Of a stretch of 64,000 bases of DNA, positions 1 through 11,000 are shown piece after piece (within the stretch, counting starts at the first letter, position 1; every line of letters starts with the position of its first letter). The stretch lies in the NCBI GenBank assembly GCA_002633005.1, contig NMRA01000037.1, positions 1,136,160-1,200,159 of the forward strand, written 5' to 3'. A model generated the notes under the pieces. It worked only from the letters and a program-made list of their open reading frames with translations. It had not been told where the DNA came from and ran no database searches. The translations under genes and the position numbers were made by a program. Source of the stretch: Phoronis australis. Its lineage: Eukaryota; Animalia; Phoronida.

Positions 1-211
1 TACAAGTCACGTGTTCGTAACGACGATATTTATCAGTTACCACACTTAGGACTACACTCCTCCCCCAAGGTGACGGATTCCCTTGAAAATCACTGATATT
101 CAACGAGTAGGTCCTAATAACAAACCTAATTTTTTGTATCGGTCTGGTCAAGGTGGAAGACTTCATCTTGCTGACAGTACGAACATATTTTCGTTGTCTG
201 GTTTCACGGAT

Positions 212-461
212 CATGCGCGCACCCATGGGGGGTGCTCTCGGTAGGCTCGAATGAGCCCCCCATTTGGGGAAGTGGGTAAAAAGGTCTGCCTCAGAGAAAC
301 AAAATCTTCGAAAAAAAAGTAGAAAACGAGACAAATGTCCACTAAAAAGGCAGGAACTACTAAAATTCGGCGAATGCACAATTCATAGCCTGCACGTACC
401 CCGTGAAGCTTAGTAAAAGGTCCACATTCTCAAAAGCAATTTTAAGCTGGGTGCTCGCATG
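212..461. mobile_element. MITE family with CATGCGCGCACCCA TIRs
   Basis: TIR CATGCGCGCACCCA / TGGGTGCTCGCATG, flanks CGGAT/CGTAT; related copies at 1160-1358 and 29296-29519. Confidence 0.72.
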
Positions 462-1159
462 CGTATACATGTCCCGTCAACCAACTGTTCCTGGGCAAGC
501 AATCATCTTTGAAAAGAACCTAGTGCCGACTAGCGCGTTGCGCTTATTCTTGCGATTCAGCCTATCACACACTTGGGGCAGTATTCTGGCTAAGGTTCCC
601 CGTCGATTTTCTCAACTCCGGACGAATCCACCAGAGGTTCCAACGGCTTGACGCTGGCGAAACATTGCTCTTTCATCTCAAGTAAGTAATGTCTAAATAA
701 TTTTCTAAAAAGCGATTAGTAATATCCAGAAACGAAACTTAGTCAAAAACACCCTTATCTACACGTATCCCACCTGTTTTACTGAATTTATTTTTTTCAG
801 CATAAACACTTTCAAAACTAGAGAACCCACGTGACAATAGCATGGTGTTGAACATCAGTTGAGTCGTTCGTCTGCCCGCAGTTCGTAATCGAATGAAAAT
901 GAAGAACTTTTTGGACCTAGTCGTGTATTATGAATCAAAATTTCAGGCCCGTAAAAACTGACGGAAAATGACAAACCGACAGGAGCTTTGCACAGTGTTA
1001 GTTAACAAAGTATTCAAAATAAACAAAATTTTAAAAAATGTTGAATATAAAATTCCAAGGATATATTAACTCAGTAACTGTCAAGTTCTTGAAATGCGCA
1101 AGTGCACAGCTTATTTTTGCTGAACGGCGGAAAATATCTTACATACTAACAAAGTTAGT

Positions 1160-1358
1160 AAAAAAGATCCGCCTCTGAGCGACAAAAAGTCCGAGATCAC
1201 TGGGCAAAAGACCACTAAATAAGCGCGAACGCGCACTTCACAGTGGTGCTCCCGTTTTTTTTTGTTTCTTTTTTTAGTCCGCCCGCTGTTTTGTTAGGAT
1301 AAGGTCCACGACGTCAAGAATTCGAGCCCCCCCAAATTGAAGGCTGGGTGCGCGCATG
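1160..1358. mobile_element. 5'-truncated copy of the CATGCGCGCACCCA MITE
   Basis: Aligns with 29350-29519 and ends in GCTGGGTGCGCGCATG. Confidence 0.7.
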
Positions 1359-1795
1359 CATACGACTAAGTCTGTACGGTATCACGGACTCGTTTTTATA
1401 AGGCACAAAGCGTACCGGTACACTGTTGACATGCACCAGCTGATCGGTTTGATCAATAGATGACGCTTTTGACGGTCGCTAAAACGTCGTGTATTGGAAA
1501 CTTGCTTGAACAGGGTTTGTTCATACTGTACGTTACTTTTAAGAACTTTTACACTCAAAATCATACTTTATGGCAATTCAAATATGATTAAAAAGTGTAT
1601 AATTTCAAATCATGTAATTTTAGGGACTAAACGTTGCCCCAAATTAAATTTCATTTATTTGACGTGCTTATCACCTGTTAATGGCGGAAGCTCTACAGGC
1701 GTGTAAACATTTCGTTAGTTTATCTATTTTTATTTCTTGAACACGTTGCTTTTTGCCGCAACGTCTTCATCAATCGATACAGCTATTCAATCAGA

Positions 1796-2029
1796 ATGAA
1801 AATTGTCTTGATGGTTGCAGAAAAGCCTTCATTGGCTCAGTCCTTGGCAAAAATCTTGTCAAATGGTTCTTGCAGTACCCGGAAGGGGTCAAACGGCGCC
1901 TGCTCCATCCACGAATACAATGGGAGATTTAATGGAGAGTCTGTGAAGTTCAAGTTCACTTCGGTCTGCGGGCATGTGATGGGCCTGGACTTTATTGGGA
2001 AGTACAACAGCTGGGATAAAGTTGACCCT
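1796..2029 (+). CDS. TOP3B: TOP3B coding exon 1 ([12 protein letters not shown]...WDKVDP)
   Basis: ATG at 1796, 234 nt, donor GTAAGT at 2030, phase 0. Confidence 0.95.
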
Positions 2030-5000
2030 GTAAGTAAAATGAAAACGACAAGCAGTAACATCTATCGTCCATTTGCATTTGTAATTAATCATTTTATTTA
2101 ATGGTGTAGTGAATCTGTAGTGAGTGTAGTAATATAAAGGCCTCTCTTAGTCACTCGCCTATGGGCAATTGCTCTTTGGCCGACTAGTTAGGACACCTGC
2201 CATTGAAAGCAATTAAGAGGTACTGGTTTCCAAACTTGGACGAGGTAATTTTCATGACATTGGCGCCCAACAAGTTAGGGTATGGTACTTACGAAGTTAC
2301 GATGGAAGAACGGGACCACACAGCCTTCTGAGTCTTATAGTGTGGTAATGACTGGGGAGGAGGCGAATGTAGAGGGGATCGATCTGATGTTGAGTTCCAT
2401 GTGGCGTGACCCCTAATCATTGGATGTGGAAGAGTGCTGAGTCTGCAGTGAGTGTAGTCATATAAAGACCTTTCTTTTTATCACTCACCTACGGACAATT
2501 GCTCTTTGGTTGACTGGTTAGGACGCCTGGCACTTATGCAAGAGGTACTGGGTTTGAAACCTGCAGACTACATAAAGTTTCACTACAATGGGACATGGTA
2601 TTGGTAATGGTTGGAATTGGCCCCGACTCCTCTGTCTTGGGGTGGCACTGGCACTAGATCTGGTGGCGAATTCAGAAAGGCTATTTTCTCATCAGTTTTT
2701 TGAGATCATGTAACACTTTCAGCAGGTGCTCCCACTTTGAAATTATTTTACCAAGCACCATTTGTAGGCTGTGGAGCCTTTCCTAACAGCCAAGCTCCTG
2801 ACATGTCTGACATAATTTTGATTTTAAGTTATTTTAGTCTGGATAAAAAGAGGGCGCTAACTTACAAATGGCAAATTGGGCACCTGTCTTTCTTTACTGA
2901 GATGATGCTTATTTACTAAATTAAACAGAAAAAAGTTCTTAGCACATTCACATTTAATCAGTTGTGCAGCCGAAAATTGTTTTTGACCAGCTTAATGGTA
3001 AAGAAAGAACTTCATTTTTGGGGATTGGGATTTTGGTTCTCAGTCACCTTGGGAACTCGATTAGTTTTAAAAGATCAAAGTTGTTCAATTAAATGATTTA
3101 CAGATGTGATGGACGTTCGTAACTTTACGCTTATTGTTATTCTTATTTAGTTGCAAATGTTCAGTTAAATTCTTATGCTAATGTCTTTGTTGCGTCTCAG
3201 TGCGCCTTTGTTACGTGGGCATGTGGGCGCGACTGTATGTGTCGGGCACTTCGCTAGCGACAGGCTTAGGAGAAGGGTGTTTCCTTCTTTTGCTTTCATG
3301 GAAAGTTGATCGTTATCATGTGCAAATTGAACTGAAACGAATGCCTGATGAGAGAAAATACATATTCTGAGGTTCAGTGGAGACTTGCTCTGTTACACAG
3401 ATTTCCATTTTCAACACTTTTAATATTTTTCTTCCAAATTCAATGCTGCTTATCAAATGTAACTAAAGGCAGTGTACAGGTTAATTGCATTCTGGTTGGG
3501 GACAGGCACTAGTTTCAGATTTTGGGAAATAATCCTGTTTTATAATAAATGCTTTATGTATGTATACCTTTCTTTTTTCCTTGATTTTCCTAAAAAAAAC
3601 ATGGCCACTTGACCCAATGAATAACATTGGAAAAAGTCGAATATCAAAATTTAATGACTGTGTACTTTTCAGAAAATATATACTGAGAAATAATCTATAG
3701 TTTTTAAGATATTTTGCTAAATGCACAGGCATTTCAATAAGGTCCGTCATAGCTTTAAGTGCATGTCACCAGTGGCAGATTTAGGGGGGGGGGGNNNNNN
3801 NNNNNNNNNNNNNNNNNNNNNNNNNNNNNNNNNNNNNNNNNNNNNNNNNNNNNNNNNNNNNNNNNNNNNNNNNNNNNNNNNNNNNNNNNNNNNNNNNNNN
3901 NNNNNNNNNNNNNNNNNNNNNNNNNNNNNNNNNNNNNNNNNNNNNNNNNNNNNNNNNNNNNNNNNNNNNNNNNNNNNNNNNNNNNNNNNNNNNNNNNNGG
4001 TCACATTTCCTTCTTGTTTTTCATGAATCCTGCATGAAGGAAACAGTACATTCAAAATGATATTTCTTCGCGTAGACTAATCACAAACAACTTCATAGTC
4101 GTACTCTTCACTAACCGTGTTTTGTGGCGTGTACAAAGTGAAAAGACAGCAATAAAACCTGACAAAAATCATCTGATGTGAACTCTTTGAGACATTCATT
4201 CACGCGAGCTCTCAGCCTGAAGTGATTTAACATAATGAATACTCCATCTTATGGCTTTGTCAGAATGAATCGTTCCTCTTGGTCCTCCTCAACAGTTGTA
4301 CTATAGTAATGTATTATCCACTCTTTGTCATGTCTTCCAACCTCTGTTTTGGAGAGATTACCAATTGTTTACTTCGGAATTTCATTCCATCTAAAAAGTC
4401 ATAATTGTGGCTGAAAGAAAACCAAATTGCTAATGTATTTGTATTCATCACCTGTTATTAAGTGATGCTTTATCTTTCGTTTCAGGTTGAATTATACACT
4501 GCACCAACTTACAAGAAAGAGGCTAACGCTAATCTACACATGCCAAAGTTCCTAGAGAAGGAGGTAATAAACAAGTCATGTTAAAGGGTTTCTAGAGATG
4601 GAGGTAGTAAACAAGTCATGCTATAGTGTTTCTAGAGAAACAGGCAATAAACTAGCATTGGTTCTACCATGAGTATAAGTTGCACTATCCTACATCCACC
4701 CAGTGCTGGAGCAGGTTGCAAGCCATCTTGTGTATTTGACCAACTGAAAATTTGCTCCATTCTCTAGAGTTAACCTCACAAAGTGTTCTTTCGGACTGGA
4801 ACCTAGCTGTAACAAGATCTGCTGTAAACGCCAATTTTGATTTGGATGTCCAGGTAATAAAAAAGTATCAAGGGGATATCATTTCTGTTGACTGTCTATA
4901 AACAAGTTCTTGGAAATATATGCGCGGTTGTATCATGATGACATTTACACTTGAAAGCGTTTACATTACCAATCTCTGAGTTAATTTGTTGAAATGTCAC

Positions 5001-8000
5001 ATAGTATTTCAAATTCGAGTACTCAAGCACAGATTATACCCGCAGGCGAGAGGCTGTGATTACCTTGTGCTGTGGCTAGATTGTGATAAGGAAGGAGAGA
5101 ACATCTGTTTTGAGGTCATCGATTCTGTGCAACACGTTATGAGCAGAAGCAACCGCCAACAGGTAGGTACAGGTGAATGGGAACATTAAGGGGGGAATTT
5201 TAGCTTCTTTGAATGCAATAGGATGTCTGGGGATATTAAAGGTGGATGGAACCCCCCTTTGAATGCCATTTTAGTCAATTTGGTGACTAGGAATATAGTA
5301 GGCAAATGTCACCTGCTTTGAGGACATGTTTAGTCAATTTGGTATAAAATATTTTGAATCTTTTTGAGTTCCCAAAAATGATAATATTCTGGGAGTGTCT
5401 TGCAGTGAGTGAGTTCTGAAAATGCCAACCACTCTGAATAAGCTGTGCTANATTTTGGTTCTCAGTCACCTTGGGAACTCGATTAGTTTTAAAAGATCAA
5501 AGTTGTTCAATTAAATGATTTACAGATTTCCATTTTCAACACTTTTAATATTTTTCTTCCAAATTCAATGCTGCTTATCAAATGTAACTAAATACAGTGT
5601 ACAGGTTAATTGCATTCTGGTTGGGGACAGGCACTAGTTTCAGATTTTGGGAAATAATCCTGTTTTATAATAAATGCTTTATGTATATATACCTTTCTTT
5701 TTTCCTTGATTTTACTAAAAATAACATGGCCACTTGACCCAATGAATAACATTGGAAAAAGTCGAATATCAAAATTTACTGGCTGTGTACTTTTCAGAAA
5801 ATATGTACTGAGAAATAATCTATAGTTTTTAAGATATTTTGCTAAATGCACAGAAATTTCAATAAGGTCCTTCATAGTTTTAAGTGAATGTCACCAGTGG
5901 CAGATTTAGGAGGGGGGGGAGGGGAAAGGAGGCCATGGCCCCCCTAAAATTCACCCAGATTTCATGTGGCAGTTCGAGGGTGCAAATGTCTGATGGGCAA
6001 AATCCTGGCTAATGTCTGCCCTGGCCCCCTAACTCAAAACCCTGGATCTGCCCCAGGTCACATTTCCTTCTTGTTTTTCATGAATCCTGCATGAAGGAAA
6101 CAGTACATTCAAACTGATATTTCTTCACGTAGACTAATCACAAATAACTTCATAGTCGTACTCTTCACTAGCCATGTTTTGTGGCGTGTAGAAAGCGAAA
6201 AGACGGCAATAAAACCTGACAAAAATCATCTGATGTGAACTCTTTGAGACATTCATTCACGCGAGCTCTCAGCCTGAAGTGATTTAACATAATGAACACT
6301 CCATCTTATGGCTTTGTCAGAATGAATCGTTCCTCTTGGTCCTCCTCAACAGTTGTAATATAGTAATGTATTATCCACTCTTTGTCATGTCTTCCAACCT
6401 CTGTTCTGGAGAGATTACCAATTGTTTACTTCGGAATTTCATTCCATATAAAAAGTAATAATTGTGGCTGAAAGAAAACCAAATTGCTAATGTATTTGTA
6501 TTCATCACCTGTCATTAAGTGATGCTTTATCTTTCGTTTCAGGTTGAATTATACACTGCACCAACTTACAAGAAAGAAGCTAACGCTAATCTACACATGC
6601 CAAAGTTCCTAGAGAAGGAGGTAATTAACAAGTCATGTTAAAGGGTTTCTAGAGAAAGAGGCAATAAACTAGCATTGGTTCTACCATGAGTATAAGCTGC
6701 ACTACCCTACATCCACTCAGTGCTGGAGCAGGTTGCTAGCCATCTTGTGTATTTGACCAACTGAAAATTTGCTCCATTCTCTAGAGTTAACCTCACAAAG
6801 TGTTCTTTCCGACTGGAACCTAGCTGTAACAAGATCTGGTATAAACGCCAATTTTGATTTGGATGTCCAGTTTATAAAAAAGTATCAAGGGGATATCATT
6901 TCTGTTGACTGTCTATAAACAAGTTCTTGGAAATATATGCGCAGTTGTATCATGATGACATTTACACTTGAAAGCATTTACATTACCAATCTCTGAGTTT
7001 ATTTGTTGAAATGTCACATAGTATCTCAAATTCGAGTACTCAAGCACAGATTATGCCCGCAGGCGAGAGGCTGTGATTACCTTGTGCTATGGCTAGATTG
7101 TGATAAGGAAGGAGAGAACATCTGTTTTGAGGTCATCGATGCTGTGCAACACGTTATGAGCAGAAGCAACCGTCAACAGGTAGGTGCAGGTGAATGGGAA
7201 CATTAAGGGGGAATTTTAGCTTGGAATGCAATGGGATGTCTGGGAATATTAAAGGTGGATGCTACCCCCCTTTGAATGCCATTTTAGTCAATTTGGTGAC
7301 TAGGAATATAGTAGGCAAATGTCACCTGCTTTGAGGACATGTTTAGTCAATTTGGTATAAAATATTTTGAATCTTTTTGAGTTCCTAAAAATGATAATAT
7401 TCTGGGAGTGTCTTGCAGTGAGTGAGTTCTGAAAATGCCAACCACTCTGAATAAGCTGTGCTATCTCACTGTTTAATTCTGGTGACTGCTCTGTGGTTGA
7501 GATGCCTGCTGAATGTGTTGAGCAAATGATATGTGAAATAGGTATTGAATCTTTTTCAAAACGTGAGACACGCAATGTTTGCAGCATGTGACTTTTTCAG
7601 CGTTACACCTTGTCATTTTTATTAGTTTTGCTAATTAATTCAAATAAAGGATCTACCGTTCAATACATTTCTGAGAAAGTATCTGCCAAATTTCCCCGAA
7701 ATGCCTTCAAAAGGTACCCTTTCTCTTTAACACTTGTTTTGGCAAAGATATATATGGGCACGTACAGTACATCTGAATTTGTTTGGAGACAAAAGTAGAA
7801 ATTTTCTGCCCTTAAGCATTCCTACTTTAACGTGCAAGTTATTTTTAAAGAACTTGCACGTATGTTTTAAATGGTTGAATTTATTTTCTGGCCATATCCC
7901 ACTGACCGCAATCTCCGTAACTGTTGTAGATCATATGCTTTTTATTGTTTAAAATGTGTGCGGGATAAATTAATGCCACATGTCAGCGTGTTACACGAAC

Positions 8001-11000
8001 ACAGTACTGGCATGATTGCTATGTTAGGACTAGGACATCTGTTTCAATGGGGAGTGTTGTTTTGTTTTGATCCTGCATCTTTCAAAAGACACGTGATTCA
8101 AATACTGAAAAGCCAGAAATTTTTCGCAATGTTGTTTAGTACTTGACAAAAGCAGTCGGACAAAACTGCGTTTCTTCATGATGAGGTTCGATTAATTCTG
8201 TTAACAACAATGGAGACTGGCTATTGCAGCAGCAAAATTCAAGTTACAGCGTGGCTTAATTACCTTACTAACTTTCCTGTTAATTACCCTTCACTGTCGG
8301 TCATCAGGGGAGACTACTCCGATGGTCATCAGGGGAGACAGCTCTGATGATGAATTCGGCTTCCACTCAGTTTTTGTGACAGGGAATTGCAGGTCATTTT
8401 GTCCGAGTTCTGTTGCTGTTTTGCTGTATGTCTAGGGTGGAGCTCATAAGCAGTTTCTGGTATATTTACATACCTCAAACTCGTTGTATATTACACACTA
8501 AGGTTTCGCACCTCAAAAAACATGCTAAGTATGACTTTAGAGCTATTCTGTTGTAGATCTACCGTGCCAGGTTCAGCGCTATCACCGACACGGACATCAA
8601 ACGTGCCATGAGCACCCTCGTCGAGCCCAACAGAAATGAGGCGTTGTCTGTGGACGCCAGGCAGGAGTTGGACCTTAGGATAGGCTGTGCATTCACACGG
8701 TTCCAAACGAAGTTTTTCCAGGTCTGGCACACAAACTAATTGTTTTTGAACTATGCCCGGTTCTCTGACAAATTCTCTTATTTCTGTTTGGTAATGCCCT
8801 TTTGAATAGGTTGGTATTATTGTTATTATGATTACTATTGCAGTGGAAATCATTTTGAAATCCATTTGTATTGATATGTTTTTCAATTCATGTAGTTTCA
8901 TAATAGTCCAAGTAAAATTGCGAGGGAAATCAGAAGAAATCTTATTTTAAACCATTGGAGAATTAGCTTGATTGAAACTTCTGCTAAGATGTTTATCCTT
9001 TTCCTAAACTACAATTTATTTAATAAATGCTCTTGAAAGTTGAAAAATGCATTTGTTATGCAATTTATGAATTTAAGGGCAAATATGGTGACCTGGATAG
9101 TACCCTGATATCCTACGGACCGTGCCAGACTCCAACCCTTGGCTTTTGTGTCAACAGGCACGACAAGATTCAGTCTTTCAAACCGGAGCCTTACTGGGTG
9201 CTGCAGGTTCAGGTAAATTGACTCTTCTGATGTCACAGGTTAACTTTTAAACTAATTTTCGTCTACGTAATGTTGGTTGTCAATTTTTAAATCCCTCAGT
9301 TGTAATCATTTGGTTGAATTTTTTGTATTCTTTTTGCATGATCGTGAGCACCCTCTATTTTCACCATTTGCAATGTACACAATCGGCGTATTTCAATGAT
9401 TTTCATAACTCTTGCTCTTTCAAGTTCGTGTATTAATGACCTTTTTAGTAATAGATGCTCACTTTATTCAGATCTCCCTATTACCGCTTAAGTGAATATT
9501 TTTAATTTTAGTATTGAAGGTGTTTAGATTTAGGATCTGAGGCCCCGTTACAGTTTTTTTGTCAGTTTTGTTTCACAAATTCGCTCCTATTCTCAGGTAA
9601 GCACTGCTGAGGGAAGGACTCTGAACCTGGACTGGGATCGTGTGCGAATGTTTGATAAGGAGGTGGCCCATATGTTTCTCAACAGTGTCAAAGGCTGCAC
9701 AGAAGCAGTGTATGTGTTAATCAACTTCCATTAAAGCCTGATATAACATACATCTGTGAATGACCAGAAGAATGATGTTACAATTAAATATATAGTTGCT
9801 CTGTTACATTTAGTTCTTGGTTTCTATTGCTGTTGTTCTATCGCACTCTTCGTTCATTGAATCTTTTTTTGCAATGCTTTGCTTCATAATATTCTCTATG
9901 TGAGTTTGAGTGAGTTTAAAATTTACCCAAAAATATATTGTTAGAATTTCACTCAATCGATATTTTTGCTATTGTCATTCTACATTTATGCGACAGTGGA
10001 TTTTTTTATTTTTTTTTCTATTTCCAGTGTGACCAGTGTAACCCAGAAGGAGAAGTCCAAACCAAGACCATCAGCTCTCAATACTGTAGAGATGTTGAGA
10101 GTGGCTAGTTCGGGACTTGGTGGGTGGAGCTTGTTTGACATCACTCATGAGTTACTGTAGAGGTGTTAAGAGTGGCTAGTTGTGGACTGAGTGGGCGGAG
10201 CTTGTTTGACATCACTCATGAGTTACTGTAGAGGTGTTAAGAGTGGCTAGTTGTGCACTGGGTGGGTGGAGCTTGTTTGACATCACTGATGACATACTGT
10301 GGAGATGTTGAGAGTGGCTAATTCTGAACTGGGTGGTTGGAGCTTGATTGACATCACTGATGGTATAATGTAGAGATGTTAAGAGTGGCTTGTTCTGGAC
10401 TTGGTAGGTGAAGCTTGTTTGGCATCACTCATGGGATAATGTAGTGATGTTAAATAGTGGCTAGTCCTGAACTGGGTGGGTGGAGCTTCTTTGACATCAC
10501 TCATGGCATATAAATCTTTCCTATGGTTTATGTGGTGTTTACTTTGATTCGTGGGTCATCAAATGTCACTAATGACAGGGTTGTCGTGTCCTCACACCTA
10601 AGTTATCATTTGAATGAGAGGATATCTACAAAGCTGTTGCTATCATTCTTCTCCAAATGCAGGTTGGTGTTGTTGGCGGCTCGTAAACTTCCGGTGACAT
10701 CATGGATAACTTGGTAACATATGAACAATAAGACAGGTTGCAGCTCTTGTTACTAGAGTTCAGCAGAATTGGGTCCAATGTAACATGCTTCATAAAATAA
10801 GTATAACATAGCAACTGTCAGACATGGGGGAAAGAGGGAAAGCAAGCCTCAAAATGCATTCGCAAAAGATTTCCAAGCCACATGCCGTCGGTTATAAATC
10901 AGGTTACACATTTCCTGAGTTATCCACGATGTCACCGGATGTTTACGAGCTGGCAATCATCTCAGTGTGCATTTGAAATATGACTCTAGTGTCGTACATG

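Larger units (their letters stand above)
3030..7463. other. Tandem near-duplicate (3030-5450 versus 5452-7463) joined at a single N
   Basis: Copy B starts directly after N5451 with the sequence found at 3030; scattered SNPs and indels. Confidence 0.9.

Noticed and set aside
466-690. GC-richer patch ending in AA/GTAAGT, a possible upstream or UTR exon
   Set aside because: No homologous peptide or matching acceptor can be supported from sequence alone.
3721-4055. ORFs running through N stretches (also 21108-21806)
   Set aside because: They are artifacts of assembly gaps.
4486-7179. Mutually exclusive or tandemly duplicated TOP3B exons as real biology
   Set aside because: Introns are duplicated with near identity and the junction is an N; best explained as uncollapsed haplotypes.
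8491-8901. 136-aa minus-strand ORF, and similar ORFs at 18661-18984 and 22219-22632
   Set aside because: They are antisense shadows of TOP3B exons.
10915-10935. CTGAGTTATCCACGA translates to LSYPR, like the TOP3B active-site motif
   Set aside because: The flanks do not match (it continues CHRM rather than TET), there are no suitable splice sites, and it lies in one arm of an inverted repeat.
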